A stretch of DNA of 62,997 bases, filler included, from Reclinomonas americana ATCC 50394 (taxonomy: Eukaryota), in assembly GCA_048213135.1 (NCBI GenBank). It is 14 parts of 14 records of this genome, joined end to end, with 100 filler letters (N's around TTAATTAATTAA, not from the genome) between each part and the next. Parts side by side here need not be neighbours in the genome. Positions count along the whole stretch, not along the records: positions 29,732 to 31,586 come from AFZH01020213.1; positions 31,687 to 33,384 come from AFZH01020214.1; positions 33,485 to 37,537 come from AFZH01020215.1; positions 37,638 to 47,723 come from AFZH01020216.1; 10 more parts are not named here. One strand, given 5' to 3'. The translations under genes and the position numbers were made by a program. The first letter of the stretch is position 1, and the number at the start of each line of letters is the position of its first letter. Positions 29,701 through 44,500 of this stretch are shown in pieces. The notes beneath the pieces were generated by a model that saw only the letters and a program-made list of their open reading frames with translations, was not told the DNA's origin and made no database searches.

Positions 29701-32004
29701 NNNNNNNNNNNNNNNNNNNNNNNNNNNNNNNAAGCGAGGAGCGCATGAGAGAGAGAGAGAGAGAAGGAGAAGAGAATGAATGGAACTAATAGAGATAAGA
29801 GAGCGACGACCAGAACAAGAGCAAGCAACAACCCACTCGCTTCTACTTCCCACTCACCAAAAACACCTCCGAGTCCCGCAGATCCTCGCGGAAGTTGGTA
29901 ATCTGACGAGTGGTGGCGCCGCTGGTCTGCAGCTGCCAGTTGACCCATCGCAGCAGGAACTCCTCCGGTGACAGCTTCAGCAAGTCGGCGGCCTCCTCAG
30001 TTCCGTGCACGAGACGGACCTGCGAGCATCGATTGAGTGACTGCACAAAGGTGGTGCATGTGGGAATCAACGTGAGACTCACCAACTCCGGGTGCGTACG
30101 CAGCGACACATTCGCCAGCAGGCCCATGCGAATCGCACTCCAGGCGGCGTTGAGGCACGGCGCCGCATCGGCGTTCAGCACACCTTCGACCTGCACATCG
30201 CGCACATCGGCACCCACGCCCTTGGCCGAGTTGAGGAACAGATTGAGGTTCTGCACACGCGCCGTGTCGTCGGCCAGCGGCGCACGCAGCACCACACGCT
30301 CGTCGAGTGCGTTCGGCACCGAGTCGTTGAGCAGCAGTGACAACACCACGCCATCCGGCATGCACGCAAAGAAGCCGTTGCCGATCGGCGACAGTGGGAG
30401 GTAGTCGCGCACGGCGGCGCGACCAGTGAGGCGCTCGTTGATGTGCGCCACGAACGCGGCCTTCTCCTCCGCTTGCTCGGGAGTGAGATCGTACTCGCGC
30501 TCCTTGTGCGCCGCGGCCACCTCCTGAGGGGGAGGAGAAGAGGGAGAAGAAGGGTGACAAGAGGAGAGGGAGAAAGAAAGGGAAGGGAGCGAGGGAGGGA
30601 GAAAGGGAGTGAGTGAGTGAGAAGGGAGGGAGCGCGGCGGAGATGCACATGTTCTCTTCGCTGCTGCGTGCATGTGTGTGCTTGTGTGTGTGCGTTCTTG
30701 TGTGTCAAATTCACACACCAACAGGCGCTCCTGGTCCTGACGAGCCGCCTGCAGTGCCTCCTGCGACTCAGCAAGCGCACGCTGCGTCTCCTCCAGCTGG
30801 CGCGCCTTCTCCGCGTTCGCCTGCTGCAGTGCCTCCATCTGTTCTCCAACAAACAGTATGAGTGAGAGGCGAGAAGATATCAATGGAGGGGAGTACAGGC
30901 AACATACCTGCTGCTGCATTTGTCGACGCTGCTCGGCAAAGGCGCGGCTCAACTGGACATGCGAGTGGGAGGGAGGGAGGGAGTGAGTGAGTGAGTGGGG
31001 AGGAGTGAGGGAGTGAGTGAGAGGGAGAGAGAGAGAGTGAGTGAGTGAGTGAGTGAGTGAGTGAGTGAGTGAGTGAGTGAGTGAGTGAGTGAGTGAGTGT
31101 GAGTGAGTGTGAGTGTGTGAGTGTGCGAGTGGGTGAGTGAGTCAGTGAGTAGGTGAGGGAAGGAGGGAGTGAGAGAAGGAGTGGGAGTGAGGGAGTGAGT
31201 GAGAAAGAGTGAGCGATCATGATTGGAAGGAGAGACTCTCTCCCTCTGTCTGTGCATGTTCACTCCCTCTGTGTGTGTGTGTGTGTGTGTGCGAGCTTAC
31301 CTCTTCCAAGTCTTGCTGCGCGCGCTGACGATCCTCCAGCAGACGACGCTCAGTGTCGATACGGAGTGCCTCCAGACGGTGCTCAAGCTCGCTGGTCTTG
31401 GCCTGTATGGTGGAGGAAGAGAGAGAGGAAGAGAGAGGAGGAGTGAGAAAAACACAATCACTTCTCTTTCTCTTCTCACTCACTCACTCACTCATTCACT
31501 CTCTCTCTCTCACTCACTCACTCATTCACTCACTCACTCACTCACTCACTCACTCACTCACTCACACACACACACACACACTCACANNNNNNNNNNNNNN
31601 NNNNNNNNNNNNNNNNNNNNNNNNNNNNNNTTAATTAATTAANNNNNNNNNNNNNNNNNNNNNNNNNNNNNNNNNNNNNNNNNNNNCACTCACTCTCTCA
31701 CTCACACACACACACACTCACACACTCACTCACTCTCTCTCCCTCTCACTCCCTCTCTCCCTCTCTCCCTCTCTCTTACCTTGTGTCGCTCACAATCCTC
31801 CTTCAGCGCACTGAACTCTGCCTCCACGCGCTCACTGCGCTCCTTCTGCGTCTGAGAGTCGCCATGCAGACGACGAAGAGAGTTTTCGAGTCCACTCGAG
31901 TTGATCTGCTCACAGTCAGTGAGTGAGTGAGTGGAGAGGAGGAGAGAGAAGGAGAAGGGGAGGAAACGCACTTGCAGCAGGTTGCCCAAAGAAAAGTCCG
32001 CCAT
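26732..32004 (-). CDS. Fimbrin/plastin (4 CH domains) with an N-terminal coiled coil
   Basis: EEKAAFVAHINERL, DGVVLSLLLNDSVPNALDER, NLNLFLNSAKGVG, LSPEEFLLRWVNWQL, NFREDLRDSE, EGTREER|AFRFWLRSLGV, VNNLFEDVNDG, ENCNYVV, FSLVGIDGTDI, NAKYALSVARAIG and WEDLVE|VNTKMI. Confidence 0.93.
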
Positions 32005-32536
32005 CTTTCTTCTCGCGTTGAAAAGTGATCGTGTCCGCCTTCAGTCCTGTATCTTGTGTACGTACGTACTTCCGTCGACGATCTTTCCAACTCGCCCACC
32101 TTCGCCTCACATCTGTTGCTAGTCAGGCGGCCGTGGACGCTCGTCGTGAAGCTGAAATGCACAGGAGTTGGTCGCTTGTCTGTGACCCTTGCATCCCCCC
32201 TTTCCGGGCTGTGCGATTCGTTGACCTGATAGGGGACTACTCTCCTCCCATGCATCCCATACTAGGCGAGCGCATGCTTTGGTAACGACTGGACTTGATC
32301 GTCAAGCACGCAGTGATTGTTGGTGATTATGACGTGCATGCAGTTACCTGCTGCATGCTGGCCGTATTGATACCACGCAGCCGCGCCACCTTCCCTCAAC
32401 CCTCAACCCTTGAACACATGACCTTTCTCACTGCATCAGCATTCCTCTCTTCTTATCTCCTCACTATTCTCTTCTCTCTCTCCCTCCCTCCCTCCTTCTG
32501 CTGAACATCGACTCAAATCTTCATTACCCTTCCCTC

Positions 32537-35500
32537 TCACTGCACCACGTCCATCACCGACGCCGGCCAGCACCCTTGCTCAACGCACCTGGCCACGCGC
32601 TGCTTGGCCAACTCGCGCTCACTCTCCGGCAACTCGCTGCTCGCCGCCTGCTGCAGCCACGACTCGCGGTTGCGCTCGAGCGAGCAGCCGAGGCCGAGAA
32701 GACCGCACTTGTCGGCACCACTGCGAGAGGACGGTGAGGAGGTGAAGGGAGCAAAAGAGAGGGCGGGGAGAAGAAGAGAGTCACCTGGCCTCGGGAGCCG
32801 AGTCGTAGTACCTGTGGTGGCGTGAGAGAGTTAGTGAGCCAGAGGGCGAGTGAGGGAGGGAGGGAGAGGGAAAGGAGTGAGTGAGCGAATGACGGAGAGT
32901 GTGAGAGAGTCAAAGGGCGAGTGCGGAGAGAGAGGGAGTGAGTGAGTGACGGACGGAGGGAGAGGAGAGGGACAGGAGAGTCAGTGAGTCAGAGGGCGAG
33001 TTAGGTCAGTGAAAAGGAGAGAGGGCGTCAGTGAGCGAGTGAGTGAATAAGCGAAGGACTGAGTGAGGAAGGAGAGGGCGTGTGTGCGACTGTGTGCGCC
33101 ACTGTGAGTGTGTGTGTGTGTGTGTGTGTATGGTGGGAGGGGGTGAGAGTGAGTGAGTGAGTGAGTGAGTGAGTGAGTGAGTGAGTGAGTGAGTGAGTGA
33201 GTGAGTGAGTGAGTGAGTGAGTGAGTGAGTGAGTGAGTGAGTGAGTGAGTGAGGGAAGGAGGGAGTGAGTGAGTGAGTGAGGGAGGGAGTGAAAGAGGAA
33301 TGAGTGAGAGTGTGTGAGTGTGAAGAAGAAGAAGAAGAAGAAGAAGAAGAAGAAGAAGAAGAAGAAGAAGAAGAAGAAGAAGAANNNNNNNNNNNNNNNN
33401 NNNNNNNNNNNNNNNNNNNNNNNNNNNNTTAATTAATTAANNNNNNNNNNNNNNNNNNNNNNNNNNNNNNNNNNNNNNNNNNNNAGCTGACGCGGAGCAC
33501 AGTGGACTGAGCGCGACGAGCGGCAATGACTTTCATCACCGTCGCTGCATGCAGGCAAGAGTCAGGCGAGCAATGAAGTAAAGGAGACAGGAAGTACAAG
33601 AACAAGAGCGAAAGATCAGCAACAGGAATGGAGAAGCACAAGGAGAAGAGGAACAACAAAAAATAATAAGAAGAACACCAACAAAAAGACGAAAGACAGG
33701 AACAGCAGGAAGGAGAGAAGCACAAGGACAAGAAGAACAACAGGAAAACAATAATAGGAAGAACAACAACAACAAAAAAGACGAAAGACAGGAACCTCCA
33801 AAGAGAATGAAGTAGAACAACAAGGCGAAGAACGCTAAGGTGGGGACGAAGAACAAAGAACAAGAAGGAAGAATATCGAATAAGGGGAACAAGCACAAAA
33901 GGACGGAGAAGAGGAATGAGGAAGGAGGAACCGAAGGGAAAGAAACGTCAGAAACGAGATAAAGACTGACACAGCGAGAAGAAGAACTGCAACGATGAAG
34001 GAAGAGGAGGAGAAGAAGATCAAGTAGAATCACAACAACAACAACAGGAATAGCAGCAGCAACAACAACAGGAATAGCAGCAGCAAACTACAACTACAAC
34101 AACAACAACAACAACAACAACAACGACAAAACAAGAAGAAGAAAGATCAACATGAACAAAAACGCGAAGGAGGGGAACAGGAAGAAGCAGATGAAGATGG
34201 AGAGGAATAAGTGCAGAACACGAACAAGAAGAACACCGAGACAGAACAAGGTCAAGAATAAAAGAGGAAGATCAACCACTGTGACAAGAGAGCACAAAAA
34301 ACAAGAAGTCACTCCTCTCTCTCTCTCTTTTTCCCTCACTCTCTTCCCCTCACCCTCCCCCTTCCCTCCCCCCTCCCGTCCCCCTTCCTCCTTCCCCCCT
34401 CCTTCCTTCTCTCCTCTCCGCCACACCTCGGAACCTATCAATCACTCGCAGATGATGCAGAACAGCCGCCCGCACATGCAACGCGGCCTTGTTGGATCCA
34501 TCGACAGACGAACTTTTCTTGACCGGTGCGTGATCAAAGAACTGCAAGGATGTGGACTCGGTCATCGATGCCGACACGGGCCTCGATTCTCCGGGCACCA
34601 AGAACCCAGCGGCGTACTCGGCATCAGTTGCCACCGCACCAGCCATGACTGCTCAGCGTGTGAGAAGGTGCGCTATTAAAGATAAGAGTCACATGCAGTA
34701 CCTTGCGGAACGGGAAGCCTCGATGGTCCGTGCTCGACGCGCGTAAGTTCGGCAAACTGGCACCACACCGAAGCGCGCTGTGCGCCTACGTTCGTTGAAG
34801 TGCCGCCCTCCGCCTCTGCCTGCTGCTCCTTTCTGGCCTGTGAATTCCGCTGGCGCTTGACCACCAGTGCTCGAATGTCGGCCAACGTCAAGTGCGATTT
34901 GTGGGCCTGCACATCGGTGCAGGGTGAGCGTGTGCGCCAGCAAAAACACTCAGTCTGTCTGTCTATCTGCCTGTTTCTTTCTCTGTACTTCTGCGTGTCT
35001 CACTCTCTTTCTCTCTCGCTGTCTGTTTATCTGTCTCTGTCTGCATGTCTCTTTCCCTGTACTCCTGCCTGTCTGTCTATTGTCTCTTTCTCTGTACCTC
35101 TGCCTGTCTCCCTCTCTTTCTCTCTCTGTCTGTATATCTGTCTTTTTTTGTCCTCACTCTCTCATCTTCGTCGTCTCTTTCTTTCTCTCTCTCTCTCTCT
35201 TCTTCTTGGCCTCTCTGTCTCTCTCCTCTCTCTTTCTCTCCCTCTTCTCTCTCTCTCCCCCTTCCGTACACACCCCGGTGACAAACGCCTGCAGCTTTCC
35301 AGTGAGACTGTTCATCGGCGCCACCTTTTTCGACTTTTTCGCACGCGACCCAAAGTGATCGGCGTCCACCACATCCTGCACCACCATGGGCGAGTCCAAA
35401 TGCGCCGCGTGTCGCTTGCTTGGCGATGTCACTGCGCGCACATGGCTACTTGAGAGCAGCGACAAGATGAATAGTGACGGCACGGCGTGTGCCTCACCAG

Positions 35501-38500
35501 CGTGCCAGTCATTCATGGTGTTTACCATGGAACTCCGGTGCTTGCGAAGCTGGACCATCGTCTCCGGTTCGTGACTGCCATAGGTGTTGGTAATGAAGAG
35601 GGGACACACGTGCGCGACAAGAACGAGTGCCATACCTCCACACAAAGCCTTTTGGCAGCAGAACATCGTCCACCAGAGTGCTGGTTGCCGACTCGTGATG
35701 CACAGCCCGCAGCACATGCTGTACCACATCGCGGAAGCGAAACACACCAGAGAGCACCGGAATACCAGCATCCTGCGGCATGCACGGGACACTGAGATTC
35801 AGAGCGGCGATCCCCAACTTCCGGCAGCACCCACACAAACCTCTTGTTCGCGTGCGAGTAAGCGCAGCATATTGCGCCGACGCACAATGAAATCACGTTT
35901 CGCATCCAGAATAAACAGCACCGTGAAGACGATCAAGTAGAATCCATTGAACGCTGAGCGCACAGGTGGCAGTCAGCAATAAGTGGCCAGCGAGCCTGCT
36001 ATTGCCTCTTTCCTCACCACACAGTGCCATGAACGTGTACGAGCGCAGGAAGTGGAGAGTGATGGAAAACTTGGCCGGGCTGCACAGGAGTAAAACACGG
36101 TCAACACTTCTTGCAGAAGCCCACTTGTTGGTACGCGTGCGCGCACCTCACAAAGAAAAAGTTGAGCGAAAAAGCAGCTTGCACATCCACACTAAAGGCC
36201 GTCAAATGATTACATCGGCACACCACCGACGTCGCGATCCCGTCGACAGTCTGCAGATGAAAGCACACAAATACATGACTGATATGCAAAGAGACAAAAA
36301 AGAGGAGTACAGCAACCGACCTTGATAAAGGACTCACAGCCGTCGGTTCCCCACTCGCTGCGACTTGTGTTCCAAAACACGCACAGGTTGAACGAGGCTT
36401 TGCAAACAAAAGCGAAAAGCATACAGTGAGTTGAAGCAAGAAAGCACATCTCATATATCTATACAGCATCACGCGCAACTTTGTGACGTAAACGGCAATG
36501 ACCTGGACGAGGTGCTGTTGCCATACGAGGCAGTGGCCAACGCCTCCGGGCACATACCGATCGTGGACACGACACGCACACGTGGTTCCGCTGTCGCGCC
36601 AGTGGCGGTGGTTGAATTCGAGGCATACAACACGGACCTGGCGGAGCAACTGGTGGCCACGGCGGCAGCAAGTTGCGTGAGCGCCGTCACCGTGGCGTTG
36701 CTCGACGTGATCGGCAACTCAATCATGAAGGGTTCGCGCCAGTCGCGAATAGTACGCACGGAGCCCGTGCTGTCCAGCAACTCCAACCGCTGAATCGTCG
36801 ATCCCAACTTCACGGTGGAATTCTTGGCCTCCATGTCCAGCGCGAACGGATTCACATGCTCGTTGTAGGCCAGAGACAGGAAGGACTCACGATTCGTGCC
36901 GTTTGTCGTCGTCGTGTACGAAGAAGGGAACGAGAAGAGCGACTGCGTGGCAGCCTGTGCCTGAAAGATTGCCGAACCAGTGTCGCTCACGACGACGCCG
37001 TCGGAGGTGCTCGACGAGCTCAGCAATTGTGAGGACACACGCATCGCAGAACCAGTGAAGCTGGCCGCGGGGGCGCCACGGTCCTGCAAGGGAATGTTCG
37101 TGAGCGCAGCTGCAGAGGAAGGGAACACTCTCTCCCTTCAACACACACCTTTTCCCGATTGTACTTGGAGACAGTGAGGCGCACCAGGTCAACCACATCG
37201 TCATGCAGATCGCCCAGCGCAGCCGGCTCTTGTGTGGTGGTGAGCAGCACTTTGTCGGGAATGGAGAGAATGGTCTGCGCATGCGATCGATCAGTTGCAG
37301 CACACACCATACTCTCCGTACAACTACAGGGTATGTGCGCACCGCCAAGTTGCCTTGCTTGGTGGCCGCCACACTGTTGGTAGACACGAGCGCTACCGTG
37401 GACATGATGTACCCAAGCACAGACGGCTTTGCGGCATTCGACAAGCCGCTCGCAGTGCTGCAAAAGGAAGTGGGTCAGAGAGACAGCGTTGAGGGGTAAC
37501 GCATCGCAAAAAAGGCGTTGGATGTAACTTGGTCATGNNNNNNNNNNNNNNNNNNNNNNNNNNNNNNNNNNNNNNNNNNNNTTAATTAATTAANNNNNNN
37601 NNNNNNNNNNNNNNNNNNNNNNNNNNNNNNNNNNNNNGTGCCTTGCATGGACGACACGAAATCGGCAGCATTCAGCGAGGTGGAAAACTCCCAGGAGCCC
37701 AGCTTGGACGACTGGTCCACGAAGCGCTGCACGATAGAGGTGGAATTTGTTGTCGCACCCGGCGCCACAGTTACCGTGGTGGAAAACGGACCGCTGCGCA
37801 AAGAGGTGAGAAAGTGACAAAGAGAGCAGGAGAAGAAAGAGAGAAGGAAGTTTTGCCGGCACAAGAGATGCTCAACTGGCGCTGCAAAAGTCCGTCCTGC
37901 ACAGCCACCTCGAGCTTGATCTCTGTGCTTGCGGTGACCACGCACGGTAGTGTGGCTTGGATGGAGGAGAGAGACGACGTGGAGAGCATCACCTGATGGC
38001 ATTGCCAGTAATGAGACACAGTTTTGACTCCCACAGCAGTCATCACACACGCACCGACTTGCTTGCCAGCGGATCAAAGAAGAAGTAGTAGTATAGCAAC
38101 GGAGGCTCGGCAGAAGTAACGTTGGGTGCGGTTATGGTGAACGCAGTCTCCAGAGCGATGCCGACCAGCGGCGACACAGTCATCGCCCCAACAATCTTGG
38201 TGGCTCGGAGTGCATTGACGTTTAGCGTGGCGTCGTCTGACGAATAAACGTTGAGCATCGGAATGATTCCTATCTACGTGAGATGCACGCAACAACGCTC
38301 GCCACTGGCAGTCGTGGAGGCAGCAATCGTGTATCGAGAGCCGCCCTTCAGCGTGTTCTCCGGCACTTGAATCTTGGACGGAGAGAGCAGCGAGAAAGAA
38401 CTCGACGGAAGTGCCGACGACGATCCCGTTTCTGTGACAGTCACCAATGTGGGCAAACGCGGACTGCAGCTCACGACGACACACAGAGGAGGTGCGTACC

Positions 38501-41500
38501 GGTGATTCGCCAGTCGACAGTGGAATTCGTGGTGCCGGTAATTGTGGCACTGACGGTGAACATCACGTCCACACGCACGTTGCCATCCAGGGCGCGGCTC
38601 TCTACTTGCTCCTGTCACGACCACACACACACGCACAATGGTAAGCCACTATTAGGGCTCACCATACACATGGGGATCGCTCCGCAACAAGTGCAAGCGC
38701 AATGTTGACCGGCGCCCCATACACAAGAACAGTGGAGCTCGAGACAGAACGCGCACCTCGCGAGGACACAACTGCAATATTGTACCTGCGTGCGAGAGTG
38801 AGAGTGAGTGAGAGAGCAAAGCGGCAGCGGGAGTGGCGGGAGTCGACAAACCTGCCAGGCAAAATCGCACTCGCCGGCACAGACACAGAAGACGTGGTGG
38901 AGGTCGACAACAGGTCCGGACATGTACCAGTAACTGCGGAGCACTGCCATCGGTACGACATGATCATGTTCTATCGTCTCTTAAGATGAGCCAGCTGAAG
39001 ATGCGATTGTGAGCAGTAAAAACACTCCATTGTGGCAGACCTGCAACGCCACCGCGTCCTTGTCGCGATCCATCACAGCTAGAGATAGCACGACTGGCAG
39101 GGTCGATGCACCCATACTCCCACCTGCACATTGAAAATGAGACGTTCACGAAACGCAACTCAAAGTGGCCAAGCACGAACAACAAAAATACACAGACCAC
39201 CAGTGAGCTGCGCCGTCAATGGATTCGTCACTGTGCAACAGTCCCGCTCAGTTACAGTAACGCCTTCACCAGCATGAAATCGCGGCACGTACCGTACACG
39301 ACCACCTTCCAGCCGCCATAATTGACGGCCTCGTTCGTGTCAAACGCCAGGGTGATGGTGGAAACTATGTATGCAGCACAACCATCAGTGAATACCACAC
39401 TCGTGAAATCTCTCTTTCTCGCAGTCACATGCACACCTCCAGTGACCTCCGCTAGCGTGTCGGCCGCAACAGCTGGTAGCGACGTGCCTGACCACTGGCG
39501 CAGCAGCGAGTCCGCAGAGACAGTCGAGCCACGGTACACGGACAGCACGTCGCTGCCAGCTTCAGTGCTCAGCTGCAGCAAGCGAATCACAATGCTCGAG
39601 TAGGCCGACGACAGAGACGACACCTGACACCGCAGCATCAGCGAGTGACGGGGAGGCGGTCTTACTGTAATGACAAACAACTGACCGAGATGGACCATCG
39701 ACACGCGAGTGATTCAGTGTAGATTGAACCGACGAGGCGATCCACCACGACCTGATCAACACCTGGAGCGACCGTCATCGTGGTGGGCGTGGAAGGACAC
39801 GAGCTAGGCAGCAGGGCTACGCAAACATCAGTGCACGTCAGTATACCCCCAGCGATGCACGGAAAAATAAACATTGACGTACTGATGGTGGCCGGAGTGC
39901 TCCACGGACCCGTCGACGCACTGGTTTGTACGCGTGCCACCAGCGAAATCGAGTTGGTCTGCTGCGACAAGTTGACCACGGTGCATGAGACGGCATTGGT
40001 ACTGGACCAGGGGCAGGGTGACGGACGTGTCTCCAATGGCTGCATCAAGTTGGTGCTGAGTGCAACCACGAGCTGCGCGGCCGTGGCACCATTCGGTGCA
40101 GTCGCCGTCGGCGTCAGCGACAATACCACGGATCGACTGCCGACCTGGCCCACCGTGATGTGGACCTTGATAGCCGTCGGTGTATTGACTGCGAGGAGTG
40201 GCAAATATGAGTAACATCGCTGGTCACAAGCGGCAAGCACAGTGACAAAGTACCGGTCAGAGGCGCAGACCAAGCACCAACATAGGAGGCTGTCTCCAAT
40301 CGAACGACAATCTGATACGATAGCGCCTCGTTGAGTCCAATGGCTGTGCACGCAATCGTTCCCGCCGCATCCGTCCACGCGCACGATGCCGGCGACGTCG
40401 TGTACAGGTTGCGCGGAGCGGCGGTGTCAGCCAGCTGCACGCGGCCCGATAGACCATCGGCTGTCGACCACGGTCGGGACGGTGTGACGGTGAGAGTGAC
40501 GCGGTTGTATTCGACAGTGGTGGCGACGGCGGTCGCGGTGGCGGTGAGCAATGTGCGCACTTGTGCAGACGCTGGACCACGAGGTCCATAGCCGAGATCG
40601 CTCTGCGCGCACGCGGCAAAGACATACGTAGTTCCTGGCGCCAGGCCCTGCACGGTGCAGACGACGGGGGCGACGCCAGCCAGCTCCCACACACACGGCG
40701 AAGGCGCTGTGGTGAACGTGAATTGCCCCGTGGCCGAATCCACAATCGCGAACCGTGGCGTCGCTCCGTCGGCCGAGGTGGCCGCCCGTGCCGGCGTCAA
40801 TGACAGGACGGCGGTGGTCGTGTCCACGGCACCCAATGATATGGTGACCACAAGGTCCAACGCAGCTGGTACGGAAAATGCACACAGTTGTGGTTGGCTC
40901 ACGAACAAGTGTAACAATCAAGACAAACGAAACTGATTACGCGGACAGTCGTCGAGCCGACCTGATTCAGTCGTGGCGTGTACTCGCTGGGCGCCCAGCA
41001 CACTGTATACACCAGGTTGCTGTCGAGTACCGCCAGATTGGTTGCGACAAACGTAGAAGCGTTGCTGACGACAGACATGGGCACGGAGGTGCCGGCGACT
41101 GCGTATGTCGGACAAGACGTGCCCGGGTGCAACCACGCAGCAATCGGAACCGAGAAGAACGAGCCTGACACAGTCAGCGTGAGGCCAGTGACCCCACTGC
41201 GTAGCACTGTCGGAGTGAACGTGCTGGCGGAGGTGCCTGCGGGGAAAACAACATACGTGAGAGGACACTACAAGCGCGCAGTCAGATTGGTCATCAGGAA
41301 TACCGCACGCACCGAGCAGCAGCATGCCGATCGACTCGTATGGACCCGCAGCCGTCCATCGCATGCACATGCGGTACGAGCCTCCAGAGGTAGAAACACC
41401 TGTCAGCACACTGAATAACATTTGCGACGTGCTCTGCACAGTGATGGATGCCACACTGGCAGTGGCCACGGGCGTTGGCGATCCGTCGCAGGAGTATGAT

Positions 41501-44500
41501 GCAGTGATGAGGGCCGCTGCAGTGTCGCCCGACACATCGACAAAGCCGGCGCCGACCACAGTGACGCTGGTGGGTGTGGCACTCAGCGGTAGCATATTCG
41601 GCGTCATGTAGATGACGGAACCTGGCGTGCGACGGGGCAATGTTGGTGACAAAATCATCATTCAGCGGCACATCAAATTGAAGGAGATCACTCGCACCTC
41701 CACTCGAGGATGCAGCAAAGATGGCCGACGACGTCGAACTGGTGAGCAGCAGCGTCCGATTGTTCCCGAGCGACATGTTGGAGATGGTTGACGATGCTAC
41801 CGTCGTAAGTGCGCCAATGCCACCTGCGCAGCCAAATCCCCAACAATCAATCCATTGTTACATCCATCTCTTCCCTCCAGTGAGCACAAGACGGGGATGA
41901 CACACCGTGGTGAGCGAGCAGCCGAATTGAGCCCTGTGGGAGCACAATAGAGCGGATCAATGGGAGTGCAAAAAGCAAGTGGCTGCATCAGGAGATGAGC
42001 ACGAAACGGCGTTCACAAAGTACAGATTGCCACCAATGTCGGGGCCTGCAATTGCGCTGAGGTTGGACAGCGACACACCACTCGCGTATGTGGTGACAAA
42101 GCCAGCTGCGACATGCACACACACGCCAGTGAGCTACGACGGCATGGAGAAAGTGTGTCACGCACGATCCAACAACGAAACAGTCCACCGATACAGCACG
42201 AAGGCTAGAATTGCCGCGATCGGCAACATACGCCACCTCGTCACGTATCGCAACACCCACAACATTGCTGAATTTTGCGACACTGGGAAACAAGTCAACA
42301 TTGCCTCCGACAAAAGGCGGCGATGCCGGTGCTTTGTTGGTCACGGCGCCTGTTGTTGGATTGATCTCACGAATTGCCAGACCCGACTGCAGCAGCTACG
42401 TGGTCAGCAACAAACTCCTTGACGAATCAAACGACGGAAAGTAACACGCACCTGATCGACAACCATTACGGAAGTCGCGCTCTGGTAAAAGAGGTGCGTG
42501 GGTGTGTTCAGCACATTCGTTGTGCCATCGCCGCACACCGTGCTGACAGCACTGGTGGACACTCGTCGAATACGGTGATTGCCGGCATCGGCTACCAACA
42601 CGTTGCCGCTGCCGTCCACTGCCAGGCCACGCGGCCCGGACAGGAGGGCCGCTGCCAGCGTGCCGTCCAGGAATCCGGCCACACCGGTGCCAACATAGTC
42701 GACAACCTCTCCTGTACCGACCAAGGTGAGCAGTTATTCGTGGATACACATCACGGTCGCTCGCATTCACACACCATCGCGGTACATCTTGCGCAATGCA
42801 TGTCGATCTGACTCGGCCACGACCAACTCTCCCGACAGCAGCTGAACGATGCCTTGCAGCGCGCCGAAAACGGCAGCAGATCCCAGTCGCCCATTGGCGT
42901 ACCCACTCGACGCGCCACCGCCCAGCAAGCTGGCCGCCGACGCACCCATGACAGTGAAGTTGCCAACCTCGATATACGCACTGCCGGCACTCGTCCGCAT
43001 GCACATACTGTACGTGCCGACAGCGGTTGCACTCAGATCCAAGGCCGCCGAAATGTAAATTGTGTTGGCGAGGCGCACAGTGGCAATTGTCATTGCAGTG
43101 GACACTGTTCCACACCCACCACTACCGTAGCCAATAGCGCCTGCGATTCCGTTCACATCGGGCAGACCAACACCATAGATGCGAAATGATACGGGCGCAA
43201 TTGGTGGAACGTAGGAGGGCCTTACAACCGTGGCGCTCACTAGCGGGCAGCTTATTTGTTGAGAAGGTGCTGTGTGACGACGACGATGTAATCAAGAATT
43301 ATTGACGCAACTAATGTATACGGCGGCGACTTGAACCCGAGCGTACGAAGTACGCCACCGCGCGCACAGCTTGTACGCTCCCGGTGCTACGCTGGTGGCA
43401 TCCATCACCAGCGACAGCATGGTGGACGACACGGATGAGACGCTCACAGTGACCGAGGCGGGTGCCTCGCATGAACCCGCAGCCACCACCATGGGCGTAC
43501 TGTCGCCTGCCACGGTGTCCAGATTGCAGCCAGTCATCGTGAAAGCCTGTGCGCTAGCCGCCGCAAACAAGGTGCGAGAAACAACGGTGACAGAGCCGGA
43601 GATGGCCAACTTGCGGATACGCTGATTGCCCTGCGCGCGCGTCATATTTCAGAAAACAGTGCCATCGAGCTTGAACACTGCCGTACGGTGGCGGACTGAC
43701 CGTGTCTAGGATCACCGAGTCATCAAAGTACATCGAAACGCCCGTGATGGAGCCAAACATAACGTCGAGACCACCGCCGTCGGCGAACCCCGCCGCCCCA
43801 GTCGACCCGGCAAGGGTAGACACGTATGCTGCAGAGTGCGCCATGAGAAAAGAGAAAAAGGGCAGGAACAAGAAATAACCATACGGGAGCCATCTTTGAC
43901 TCACAGTTGCCCAACCAGACCACGCGCAACAGTTGCGAGTGCGCTGTTATCAAGCCATTGGGCACACTTGAGCTGAGACCGAGACCATACAGCGGACCGA
44001 ATGTGCTGGACGTGCCGCTGCCGTTGGCGGTGCCAGTCACGCCCACACTTCCGGCAACCGTCTCCACCAGACCTGCGGTGATCGCGAGATGAGATCAGTG
44101 AAAGAAAGCGGGCTGGCAGTCTTGGTCGACCCGACCTGAGCCAAGATCCACGCGTCGTATCAAAAAATTGCCCGAGTCGGCCACCAACAGTTTGTTGTTG
44201 GCGCTATCGAGGGCCAGGCCGCGGGGACTGCTGAATCGAGCAGCCGAGCCAGCAGCATCAGCGTAGCCGCTGCTGCCGTCGGTGCTACCAACGAGTACCG
44301 TCACCGTTCCTGTCGACGATTATGCATGTGTACGTGTAAGTGAGTGGATGACATTAATAGGGAGGAAATTGAGTGCGACACTGACCTGTGCTAGTGTCCA
44401 CGAGGCGAACCGCGTGATTGCCCTGTTGTGGAGTGAGGTCAATCAACAGCAAAACGCAGGTACGATGGCAAGCGAGGGTAGCAAAACTGTGTCGGCCACG

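Noticed and set aside
33590..34310. Hydrophobic Leu/Phe-rich ORFs suggesting extra TM helices for the giant receptor
   Set aside because: They come from a CTT/GTT low-complexity intron with stops in all frames.
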